A stretch of 64,000 nt of DNA from Entomortierella parvispora E1425 (GCA_020891255.1 BQFW01000007.1:2728001-2792000), one strand, 5' to 3'; positions 49,474 to 60,387 are shown, numbered from the stretch's first letter. Made by a program: numbers and translations. The notes: generated from the letters alone by a model not told the origin.

Positions 49474-49855
49474 TTATCTCTTGCGCCCAATTTGCAGCAT
49501 TATCCGATGCATGTCGTTTAAGCAGACGCAGTGTCCGATCTTTGCTCCAGCGACCACCAATCGGTTCGATAATCTCCGATCCAGATAGACATCCACCTTG
49601 TCAGCGTTTGTCACTTTCCACACGCACATAAAACGGTGTAAGCTGTTGCAGACGAACTCTTCTCCCATTTCCAGGTCCGTTGCTGAGTTGGTTGACGGGT
49701 GCCAGGCAAGACTTGTCATTGACCCCACACAAATCCAGGTACAATCTTGTTTTAAAGGCTGGATTTTCCAGAACAGTATCGTTCTTCATATCCACCCGAC
49801 ACATCCATCATCACACACGAGGTCCAAGCTCAGACCGATGATCAGGCTGTGAGGG
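49474..49855 (-). pseudogene. Relic of the C-terminal end (last WD40-like repeat plus tail) of a NACHT-WD40 NLR
   Basis: Translates as RTILFWKIQ...TWICVGSMTSLAWHP...EFVCNSLHRFMCVWKV...KVDVYL...RLVVAGAKI...LNDMHRIML. This is collinear with the tail of the 56521 pseudogene (VWRMV...KVDAHL...RLVAIDARI...LDDRQRKLL). There is an in-frame stop or frameshift upstream and no NACHT part. Confidence 0.6.
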
Positions 49856-49911
49856 GTTGGTGGCAACAAGCGAGTGGCTTTACTCCAGTGGCATTCGCGT
49901 GCCACTCAATG

Positions 49912-50071
49912 GAGCATCGCCTCTCCTGGGGGGGGGGGGGAGTTGCATGCGCTCGAGAGAGGAGGACCACAAAAGCGCGTTTCTTCTTTTGTGTTTCCTT
50001 CGTCGCTCTTCAACTCTTCACCCTCAACGACGTCATGAGTGAATGATCGTAGTAATCCTAGTCGAAAACAT
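49912..50071 (+). repeat. Dispersed direct repeat, copy 2 (partner at 46133-46364; about 70 bp shorter internally)
   Basis: Same two conserved blocks as copy 1, in the same order and orientation. Confidence 0.8.
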
Positions 50072-50988
50072 CGCCCAAATTTGAGCCCACCCTTTTTTTT
50101 GTCCCCTGAAATGATGCAGGCATTCACTCTTGCCACAATCAGCGTGGGCAGCCTTGCATTCCTCCTTCAAGATCCTGATAGCCCTGTCCACTGCTTCTCA
50201 ACATACTCCACTGAGTAAAAAATCGTGGCAACCTGTGGTCTGTGGAAAAGATAAACATATTCTGGAGGTAGTCCAACATCTGTTGCCAGGACAGGCACTG
50301 GTCTTTTCTGTTTTGAAGTTGTCTTCTAATCCATGTTGCAGTATTCTCGGTATTCAATGCACGGACAAAGAGAGGTAGATGCGGTTTAAAGGGGAAGAAG
50401 GTGCGACCACCTTCACTGGAGAGGCGAGTGCAGGTCGGGGAAGGAGGGCAGCTGTTCCTGGTGAGATGGGTGTTCCGAAAGATGCACGCGGTGAAAGCAG
50501 GGTTGGTGGCAACGGGCGAGGGAGTCTCTTCTTTTGTCATCCGCCCATTCAATTCAATTCAATTCACCCATCTCGCGATTCGCGAAATGAAAAAACGACT
50601 TCTCTCGCGACGAGTGGATATCTACCTCTATCGCACTTGCTACACTGCAGCAAATACGACTTTAGGTAGACATCTTCCTGAAATCGCAGTTGCTGCGACA
50701 CCAAATCGACCCGTCGGTTGCGCGTTGCGAAAAATCATTCCGCTCGCTGCATTCATGAGATGTGCGGTCAATGAGATGTGGGTCGCAGCCAGCATGCACG
50801 AGGGGGAGAGAAAAGCGCATTGCGTGCATCTCTCTTTGCCTTTATACTTCCATGTCTCTGTGCCTCCATCACCCACTTGTACATCCGCCCCAGCTCTAAT
50901 TCCCCCTCTCTCTTCATTCATTATTCACTGGCCTGTTTGCTGTTGTGCTATTTGTGTTGCTGCCTCCGTGCTGGAGAGGACAGCCAGA

Positions 50989-51113
50989 TTCAGCAGACCA
51001 GCAAGTTTTTCAGCAAACAACAGCAAACATTTCAGCAGACCAGCAAGTTCTTCAGCAAACAACAGCAAGCATTTCAGCAGACCAGCAAGTTTTTCAGCAG
51101 ACAACAGCAAACA
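50989..51113. repeat. 42-bp minisatellite x3, built from two related 21-bp halves
   Basis: TTCAGCAGACCAGCAAGTTTTTCAGCAAACAACAGCAAACAT starts at 50989, 51031 and 51073. Confidence 0.9.
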
Positions 51114-52042
51114 AGCGCCCTGCACGCTCAGTATATATAGATGCCCAACCATCTCCAGCCATGAAGTGGCGGTCAACATTTCTAACTGGGAATCTGCCAG
51201 CTACTTGGAAATATCGCCCTGGGTTCGTCCTGAGTGGTGCCACCTTTCAACTCCTCTGTACATTAGAAGTAAGCCGCGGCCATGATCTCGTAATTTTTCT
51301 ATCGATATACAGATATACATGGCAGCAACTTCGCCAACTCCTATGTACATAAAAAGTAACCCGCGGCATCCATTGAGCGTGACCTATATCTTTTCGCCTG
51401 TTTCCCAAACCCGGCCAGACAATCCGCGTTCAAAAGGAAATCGCGATTTTCCTTCTCCGCACCGTCGTCGATCCGTGGGTCCTCAATGGCATCCAGGTCA
51501 GGATTCTTTGGCAATGAACTAGTCCGATGTGCGCTCGGCCGCCTTCCGCTGCAGGGCGAAGAGGCGAAAGGCACCGACAGGCAGCGGCCGAGGATTTCTG
51601 AAAATTTCAGAACCGTACAGAGCTCCAGCTTGTTCGCAGGCCAAGCAATGACGCGGTCTCGGTTGGCTGCACGGCGTGTAAACTCACTCGCAGCGAGAGC
51701 GTCCTCGATAGTTTGCAGCTTATCTCTGTCTCCTCAAACCTCGCATGGTGTTCTCAAGCTCCCTGAGCTCGGGTGAGACAGCCTCCACTTCTGCCGCAAG
51801 CGCCTCCAACTCTTACTCCTTCAAACCAAACTTCTGTAACTTGTCTGTGGCGGTTCGACACCGTTGCGTTAGTGGGTTATGAGTTCAAAAGTATGCAGAA
51901 GGCGTGTTGTTTTGAAAGTAAAAAGAGCCCGGCTTGGCTTTTATTACAGAAATGCAACTACAGTATGATTCAAGAGCTTAATTTTGAGTTGCACAGTTGC
52001 ACACGCAGTAGAGGAGAGGACGCAACAACCCATGGGAGGGTT

Positions 52043-54454
52043 TCAAATGACGCGCTCATCGTTCACTGTGACCATCCGACCATCCAAAGTCCTCCATTTG
52101 GCGCTTAGTCTGACCTCAGTGAACTCCTTGTTGTGCCAAATATGAATCATTTTGACGCCTGCATTCAGTACCTCGTCTGCCGCCCAATATGGGTTGTTGA
52201 GGTAGTTCTCCTGCCTTGTGAATTGGATCACCCACCCTTCATTCGCTCCAACCTGTCTCATGTAGTTGACGGTTCTTCCGATGTGCTCTTGGACCTTGGC
52301 TTGAATGTCGGTCGCCATCATCTCCAGCACGACTGGGCGCTTGCCTTTTGCTCTTATCACCATATTACAGAATAAACTGGTGACATGGTGTCGCCCAATG
52401 ATTTCATGGCCATTTTGAGTTGCAAGCCAGTTCCTTAGAATCCTTGTCATCTCCGAGTCGTATACACTCTCCCGGGGCACATGCTGCAGTTGAGCTCCAT
52501 TCACGGGAACATGGGCTGCCTTGTACGACATTTCGCTGGCCTGAGCTATGAACGCCTTGTCGAAGAAACGGAGGGTGGTTTTGGTGATTTCCAATATATC
52601 CAGTGAACCGTCGGGCTTCACGCGTGGCGGCTGAATTTTCGGAGCATTGGGGTACGCAACTGGGATCACGGTATGCCGGATTAAGGAGTCCACAAGAGGT
52701 GACGCGATTTCGAACTTGTCTCCTGACCCGTCATCCGACTCCGTTCTTAGCACGCCTAGAGCTACCAAGTGCCTTGCGAGCTCGCGGTTGGGAAGTTCAT
52801 GGACAACCACAACCTCTTCTCTCGGGTTCCCAAGAAAGCGAGATCGATAGAAAGCCAATGCAGTCTTCATACGTCCGGATCCCTGGGCGAGATCTTTAAT
52901 TAACTGTTGGAATGTCCCATAGGATTCCATTTGAACAAGAAGACCCTTGGCGATCAACCCCCAATGAGTCATGTCAACATGTAACCCGTGAGGCTTGGAA
53001 GAAAGGTACTTGTCCAATGCAACACCACAGATATTGACCAGTCCCGCATGTCTAAAATAGATAAGCCACATTAGTATCAGGGTCATCATTCAGAACCTGG
53101 AGCAGTTAGCGAACAGTTACCCATTGGACAGCAAAAAGATATCCTCAGTAACTTCGTTGTCGATAGTCATGTCACGGTCCACTGCAAACTCATTATACAG
53201 TGCGTGAACCTGGTCCGTCGAAAGGCCCCTGTTTTGAAGGTTGTCACTAGAGTTGAATGGTGAGAGTGCTGAGTTCGACTGAGTCAACTTAAGAATACCG
53301 TACGTCCCAATTGAAACGACCGAGCTGATGGCGTTCTGCGGAGCCCCTTTTCCTCTACTTGGATCGTTCCTGATACTACGGAGTGCAGATAACACCGAAG
53401 AGCATATTTCGGTGGCAGAATCGGCATGAAGTGGATCGAACTCATCCAAGAAAATAACTACCGGCTTAGTCCATCTCTGATGAGTAGTAGCGAACGCCAT
53501 TTGAAATCCGTCTGAATTGTTGAAATCTTGCGGGAGACCGTAAGGCTGTAAGCGTCTGCAAAGAGACGGCCAGAACGCCTCATCACTGGAGAAATTTACA
53601 CTCTGGAGATCAACACTGTTTCTTTCACAGTTAGCTCGAAGTTCATTGCACATACATAGATGGATTCATATGATACTTACTACAAACATTCGCACTCACT
53701 ACTCAGTGCATCCATAGCATCAATAACGCGGGAGGATTTTCCTGAGGCTCTGGCTCCATATATTTGAAGAAAATCGCCGTTGAGAATTTTTTGAACAAGA
53801 GGTTGGTTATTGTCTGTTTGGTCAGCGTAGTAGACGAGACTGCGTATTGCCTTGTACACTGTGCTGTTTGCTTTGAAACGCTTGATGTCGGGCATTGGGA
53901 TGTTCCCAGTGTGGGCTCTTTTAATTCCTATCCACGCACCGAAGCATCAACGTTGAAAGGAATGTAGATGAATGCGGATGAACATTCCTTCAAAATTGGC
54001 AGTTGAACGTCAAGGCTGCAAAAGTCAAGACTCTCTAAGAAAGTTCTTTGCATTTCTGCATCCTGGTTCCTAGCTACACCCGAAGATGGTGATCATCTAG
54101 AAAGCCCGACGTACCTTTGGGGCGTTCCACAACAATGTATGTGTTTTCGTCAGGGCTCTCTGGAAACAGCACAGAAAGCCTTGTCCTTGGTTTGTCAAGT
54201 CGCGTCTTTTTCACCAGAGCATCGACTGTGATTTTGCGATCGTTCTCAACAGTCTTGTCATCAGGGATTGTGGCCCGCCAAAGAATCAGGTCGTTGGCGT
54301 CGTTATCATCCCGCCCGAGTGCCTTTGGCTTTGCATCGAAAACGGCATTCTTGAGGGAACCAACCGTTTCGCTCGACTTTGCTCCAACAGGGAAAGCTGT
54401 TGACAATGGATCGCCACTGACGAGACAGTAGATGGTGAGGGTGTCTGCCGCCAT
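52043..54454 (-). CDS. Crinkler (CRN)-family protein: ubiquitin-like header, P-loop NTPase, PD-(D/E)xK-type nuclease-like domain; ~696 aa; complement(join(52043..53051,53121..53615,53681..53927,54115..54454))
   Basis: Header LTIYCLVSGD...AFPV...TVGSLKNAV...LILWR...TYIVVERP; Walker A-like GARASGKS; Walker B VVIFLDEFD; C-terminal RESVYDSEMTRILRNWL...VVLEMMAT. The four exons total 2091 nt in frame. Confidence 0.85.
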
Positions 54455-54776
54455 GAATGAGGGATGCAGAAAGAACGGTGTGTGAATGGGGAATGAAGAA
54501 AAAAAAAAAAGTAGCATCACGACATGCATGCATGCACTTCGAGGGATGCAAGCATCCAAGCCACCCGTTGCCACCAGTTGTACCATGGGCGCAGTCGATA
54601 GGAGACAATCTCTGTTTTTTTTGCCCTCATCTTTCTTCTCCCTTCCACACACACTCCGCCATGCCGCCTTCTTCCTTCTGGCCAACAACAACAGCTCCCT
54701 CATGAGACCCTTCAACTTCCGGCTTCATCGCTGACCCCGGTCTTTCCATCCTTGCGTCATCAACGCACGCCCTTGA

Positions 54777-55275
54777 AGTTGTCTTCCCTCCCTGGCTTGT
54801 CTGAGGCCACACACCTGCATGCCACATCTGGATCACGACTCACCCTCAAAGTTGTCTGCCCTCCCTGGCTTGACTTTGGCCGCAAGACCACCCTCCTCTT
54901 CTGACTCAAGTCTCGGCCATGAAGTTGTCTGCCTTCTCTGGCTTGTCTTTGGCCACACCATCGCCTGCCTCCTCTGTATCAAGACTTGGCTTTGATGTCA
55001 TCTGCCCTCCCTGGATTGACTTTGGTCGTAAGACAGTCTGCCTCCTCTGGCCCAAGCCTCGGCCTTAACGTTGTCTGCCCTTCCAAGCTCCAGTCCACTG
55101 TGGCCACAAGACAACCTGCCTGCTCTGGCTCAAGACTCCGCCTTCAAATTTGTCTGCCCTCACTAGCTTTATCTTTGGCCACAAGACGACAGACCGCTTC
55201 CTCTGGCTCAAGACTTGGCCTTCAAGTCGTCCGCTCTCCCTGGCTTGACTTTGGCCACAAGACCCCCCCGCCTCC
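54777..55275. repeat. Degenerate ~73-79-bp minisatellite, about 7 copies, upstream of the CRN gene
   Basis: GTTGTCTGCCCTCCCTGGCTTGACTTTGGCC(A)CAAGAC-like units start near 54778, 54851, 54924, 54997, 55070, 55149 and 55226. Confidence 0.85.
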
Positions 55276-55287
55276 TCTGACCCAAGC

Positions 55288-55530
55288 CCAGGTACTGAAT
55301 GAGACTGTGCGTTTTCCGGGGATCATGTTGGGGACAAGAAAGACTTGTAATTGTAAACCATCTATAATCCTTGGGCCACATGACACTACCTGTAAACCGC
55401 CTTTGCTTCTGCTGGCGCAAGGCCAGGTACTGAATGAGATTGTAGCGCCTTCCAAGCTGGAGTTGGCGACAAGAAAAAACTTGTCAGCCTTCGAAATGCT
55501 TGATGCGAGGGCCCACATGACCACTACCTG
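55288..55530. repeat. ~135-bp diverged tandem duplication
   Basis: CCAGGTACTGAATGAGA at 55288 and 55423, each followed by GACAAGAAA..ACTTGT and CACATGAC.ACTACCTGT.AACC. Confidence 0.75.
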
Positions 55531-56520
55531 TGAACCTTCAAGGCTTGTGCTCAAGAGAAAGTGCGGGGTATGGTCGACAAGAGTGACCCTGCCTCGGTCG
55601 TTTGTCCTCTTTTCGATCTTGGGCCGACTGGCACAAACACAAGGCACGTTCACTTCTTTTTCAGAGTCGTGTTCTTTGCGCGACAGAATAGATATTCACC
55701 AGGTTTCCTCTTCTTCTTTTCTTGATCCCATTAGATCTTTGGCCTTGAGTCTTCCTGTCATCGACACTCACCGCCTCTCCCCAATGCAGTTGTGGGCAAG
55801 GCCACTTGTTGCTGTAGCCACTTTATTCATACAAATAAAAAAAAAAAAATCTTTGAACCACTTATTAATAATTCGACGTCTTGCCATGAATGACGGGCAA
55901 CGGAGACAAGAATGAAGAAGAAGAGGAGGAGAGCACTGGCCAATGGCTCGAATATTGAAACGGAATCTAATCAAAAGCGTATGGGCGCAGAGGACTGATC
56001 TTTGACTTGGTTAACAAAACAGAGTTGGGATAGTTGAGGTGGAGAGGCGCCGGTCAGTGGGCATGAACTCTTTGTCTTTTACCGTCAGAGATAGGTCTTG
56101 AATTGACGGACTTATGCACTTGTTCCGTTCTGTCACAACATGCAACGATGAGGAACACAAGAATGAATGAATAAGGACATGAATGAAGAATCTCAACAAG
56201 CAGAGACAGACAGCTTCGCCCAAATCTGAGCCCGCCCTGTGTTTTTGTTGTCCCCTGATTTGAAGGACAAGATCGCTCTTGCGACACTCAGCATGGGAGA
56301 TCTTCCTTCCTCCCTTACCTGGTCGCACTACCTGGTGCATTTCAACCTACACCGCTGATAATCCGTGGAAACGCAAACGTGTTCTTAGAACGGATCAACT
56401 CTGCAACACACGGACGTGGAAATGTAGATGTGTTTTGTGGTCAATGAGTCAAAGACATGTTTCTTTACTCCAAGATTAGATCAAAAGTTAACAGGGAAGA
56501 GAACTCGAACAGGGTGCCTC

Positions 56521-58984
56521 CTATTGTTCCTTTTCATCCTTCTTCTCCTCCTCCTTGCTAGTATCCTGCGGGGAGTTTTTGTCGATCGCGTGTCGCTGCA
56601 ATAACAGTTTTCGTTGCCTGTCATCGAGGCCAAACGCGTCCGTGATCCTTGCGTCAATGGCCACCAGTCGTTCGTTTGGTCCCCATTTCAAATGGGCATC
56701 CACCTTGCCACTGTCCTTCTCCACCATTCTCCACACGCACAAAGAAGAATCAAAGCTGCCACATACAAGCTCGAAGTATGCGCGGTAGTCTAGTCCCAAG
56801 TATTGAGTTCGGCAAGAGATGATCATTTTGGCACGCCGGTTGTTGGCCTTGTTGAGCGAGTTGTTGGTATGGAGGTTGGACCATTTCCTGCATTCGTCGT
56901 ATCCATCGCAAATGAGAATGAATTGCCGCTTGGATTTCTTGAGCTCTTCCATGTTCTTCTTGGAGAAATCGAGCGACTTTAAATGTTGCTTGATCATGGC
57001 GTTGTCGGGCTCCTTGATGGATTTCAAATCAATGAACAATGGAATGGGACCGCCAGACTCATACGATTCCCAAAGTTCATACTCGTGTCGAAGATTGAAG
57101 GTCGATTTTCCAGCTCCAGAGTCTCCAAGGATCAGCATCACCTCTCTGTGGTTGGCCAAAAAGTCGTTCACTCTCTTCTTCAATGGCACCAGGTTATCTC
57201 CAGGCGCCTGCAGACTAGGTTTCGACATGGCTTCGATGTACACTGCTCGTTTGTTATTCTCATTCCATCTCTGACATCGGAGACGTTCTAGGACAAGGTC
57301 CATGTCCGGATTGTCGTTGACTTCTTTCAGGAGCAGAGATGACCGTGGTTGAGGCAAGCGATCCATCACGTCGTAATGATACTCCTCGACCTCAATTCCC
57401 GTGTTCCTGAGATGTCGTGCCACCAGTCGTGCCTCTTTATTGATGACCTCGACATCCGTAGTTGAAAAATTGCTGTCCAGCACTGAAAGAACCAAGATAT
57501 CCTTGATGACCGTCCTGATCAGATATCGGATATCCGACTGTGCTCTCAAGGCCTGGTTGGCTAAGCATGTTTCGCCAAGGAACTTGATAGCTTGGACTCG
57601 GGTCTGTTTGTCCCAGGATGAATCAAGGGCCATCTTTCCAAGCAGCTCGCAGATTCCCCATTGGAAGAATGCATCTTCGCGGCATGGCTCTTCACAGACA
57701 TACTTGTTCAATCCCGAGAGCATTCCCTCCTGGACAAAGACCTCTGCACCGCGGACAGGTAGGTACCACGGTCGTTTCGCTCTAGATCCATAGTTCTGTT
57801 TGTACATCCCGATGATCCCTTTTCTACCTTCGATGATGCCTGGGATAGCATCAGGTAGACCATCCAGTTCAAGAGAGATGACTTTGGTCATTTGAGAAGT
57901 CCTCCCACACTACTGAAGACGTGTCGAAGAGCACACTTCCAAGCACTGTCGTCGTCCGGAACAAGTTTTAGAGCCTGAAGTGCGTACTGGGCTCGATACT
58001 TTAGAAATGGATCGTCGCTGTCGCAGAGGTGTCAGAGGGCCTTGAGCAATGGCTCGTGGTCAAACTCGCGGTCGAGATCCTTGACCTTGTTGTCGGCCAT
58101 GACGTTGAGGATCTTGGTGGCAGCCAAGGCGAGATGAGTCGAGTTCTCTTTTGACTGTTGCGCAGTGTCCGCCAGTCGCATCCTGATGATCCTGAGAATT
58201 TGAATCATATCGTCAGATTGAAGGAATTCTGGTGGTACATCCTGGACCAACTGAACGAGCCCCTGTAAAAGTTCTATATCCAAGATCCCTTCTTGTCAAA
58301 CTCGCTCATGAAGCACCGGAGGAGAGTTTGATAGTGCTTTTTGTCCAAGACAGGTCCAAGAAGTATGATCTCACGAATAAAATCGGTGATCTTGACGGGC
58401 AAAGTTGTAAAGAGGCTGACCATTCGTTGGATGAGTTGCTGGAGGTATTCTCGTTCGAGCGGATGGTCGTTCATCTTTTGCAGCCATTCTTGTTGAGCCA
58501 GACTCGGCAACGTCTTGTTATTGACTTAGGCGACCTGAGGGCCTTCTCGGGTCTGCAAGAGAAGACTAGCACAGAACGTCAGCTGAAGGGTATCAGTGAT
58601 GCGGTCGCTGATGTTTGGCAAGGAGTTCTCTTTCTCAGTCTTGACAATGTCGTCCCGAGGAAAGATGTCATTGTTGATTGCAGGTGTAGTGGTGGACTGA
58701 GCAACCTGCTGAGTTGGCGGATCAGGTTGTGGTGGTTGATATCCAGCAGATCCTGTTGCTGATAGCTCGGATGGAGTGTCGACTTGAAATGAGAAGACAC
58801 CAGGAACAGCGCTGACGATGGAGACCAAGCTGGGCTCCAAGGTTCCTTTGGCCACTGCTAGCTTGCTGGCCGTGCTAACGGGAAACAATTTTTTCAAGAA
58901 ATAAGAGCCACTGTTCCCCCTCGCTTTGTTGGAGGGACTGGCTGCGTTCGATCGCGTCCCTTTTGTCATGGTTTGTTCTAGCAT
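56521..58984 (-). pseudogene. Decayed Arm-like-NACHT NLR paralogue with an internal deletion of the repeat region
   Basis: Walker A GDSGAGKST and Walker B ILICDGYDE. N-terminal segments match the 26783 gene (FQWGICELLG vs FQWGICQLLG; PFLKYRAQYALQAL vs PYLAFQAAYATQAL). In-frame stops at 58526-58528 and 58032-58034; frameshifts near 58285 and 57891. A 5' exon may lie near 59.1 kb. Confidence 0.85.
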
Positions 58985-59945
58985 TCGTAGATTGCCAACA
59001 AGAGGTTAGTACGAGGTAAACTCTTCTGACACAGAGTCGAGCTCAAAATGGTGGACAGATCTTACGTTGATTGCGAGTGAATGGCCTTGAGCGATAGAGA
59101 CGGGTGCGTATGATAAGTGAAGCGTGAAGCTTGTGGAATAGGGACTATTGCTGTGGTTGGAGGTACACGCATGAGCCTACATCCTTGGTCACTCTAGTTA
59201 TGAGATATGCTGGAAATGCAATGGTACCTCATCGACGGCGTGGATGGCTCCCCAGAATGAAAAAAAACTCGGTCGAGACGTCGTATAGGTAGACGATACG
59301 AGGGAGGAAGTCATTCAAGGGATTACCACATAGCCTGCGGAGAACTTTTATCAGTCAGCATCCTTCATTCTGGACAACTTGGCTCCGCCAACCTTGGGGT
59401 TTCCGCCAGTGCTTGGCCACAGTCAGTGCAGAGACGGAGCTAGCTTGTTTGGGAAAGAATGCGTCGAATGGACACGAATGCAGAGATGTCAGGGAGGGAT
59501 GAGGGGAATAAAGATGGAATGAGCCTGCATTGCCATGGCGGGAATTGAATGAGCAAGAAAGCAAGGCAAGCATGAGTGAGTGAGTGTGTGAACTGTTGTT
59601 TGTGCGTTTGTGCACATGTACATCCACCCGGAAAGAAAGAAAGAAGGGCGACAGCAGACCGGCTGGGTCTGTTCTCCCGCGGAGACACGCGTGGCGTGGT
59701 GTTGGGAAAAAAAGTTGGTGGCGACGGGTGGCTTTGATCTCTCAAAGTGCATGCTTGCATGCATGCATGCATGCACGTCGCGATGCCACTTCATCCTCTG
59801 CATCTCTCCTGCTCCTTCCTTGTCTCTTTTGTGTCTCATCTCCTTTGCCCACTGCCCACCATTCCTTGGTCTCATTCCACCGTATTCGCCTCCTTCGATT
59901 GGCCTTCTTTCTTTCTTTCTTTCTTCACTCGACGTGTAACCTCAA

Positions 59946-60287
59946 ATGAACCTCCAGCCATTATTGAGACCGGTTTACATATTCGTAAATCATCCCATGG
60001 ACGAGTCTACAAAAGCGGAATTGATACGTTTGGCAGAGAAAGACGGTTGCTGGATTATGTTCATGGCTGACACACCGTCGAGAGAGGATAGACAGATCGC
60101 TCCCACAGAGTATTGTGGCGTGTGGGACGAAATATCCTCGCGCACCAGAAGCCTGATGTTGGAAGATCTGGGGGAGCACGATGGAGTAAACAGGAGAACC
60201 TATATATCACACAAGAATAGCATCGGATTATTTCATGAGAGGATACACGTACTTGGTGGTAGAGGTCAGAGCCATGTACGACTATAG
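59946..60287 (+). CDS. Hypothetical protein, 113 aa
   Basis: ATG-started ORF after a pyrimidine-rich leader, preceded by an element homologous to the CRN upstream region. No family recognised; it may be spliced or non-coding. Confidence 0.35.
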   Translation: MNLQPLLRPVYIFVNHPMDESTKAELIRLAEKDGCWIMFMADTPSREDRQIAPTEYCGVWDEISSRTRSLMLEDLGEHDGVNRRTYISHKNSIGLFHERIHVLGGRGQSHVRL

Positions 60288-60387
60288 AGAATGGGTTTCG
60301 TCTGATGACCCCGACAAGGTGCTGGCTCAGTTGTAGATCTTACACTGAAGAATAAAAATAAAACACCCCCCAAACTGCCGCTGCTTG

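Noticed and set aside
50401-51285. 294-aa ORF with FSRPASFSANNSKH repeats
   Set aside because: It is probably kept open by the stop-free 42-bp repeat; the composition is not protein-like and there are no motifs.
54777-55275. Regularly spaced repeats as a CRISPR-like array
   Set aside because: The whole unit is repeated and degenerate, with no unique spacers. The context is eukaryotic and there are no cas genes.
54986-55915. 309-aa plus-strand ORF
   Set aside because: It overlies a 73-bp (non-triplet) minisatellite, has no domain features, and its translation drifts between frames of the repeat.
56521-58984. Programmed frameshifting or readthrough rescuing the second NLR
   Set aside because: Four independent lesions plus a large deletion, with no slippery or readthrough context. 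Pseudogenisation is the simpler explanation.
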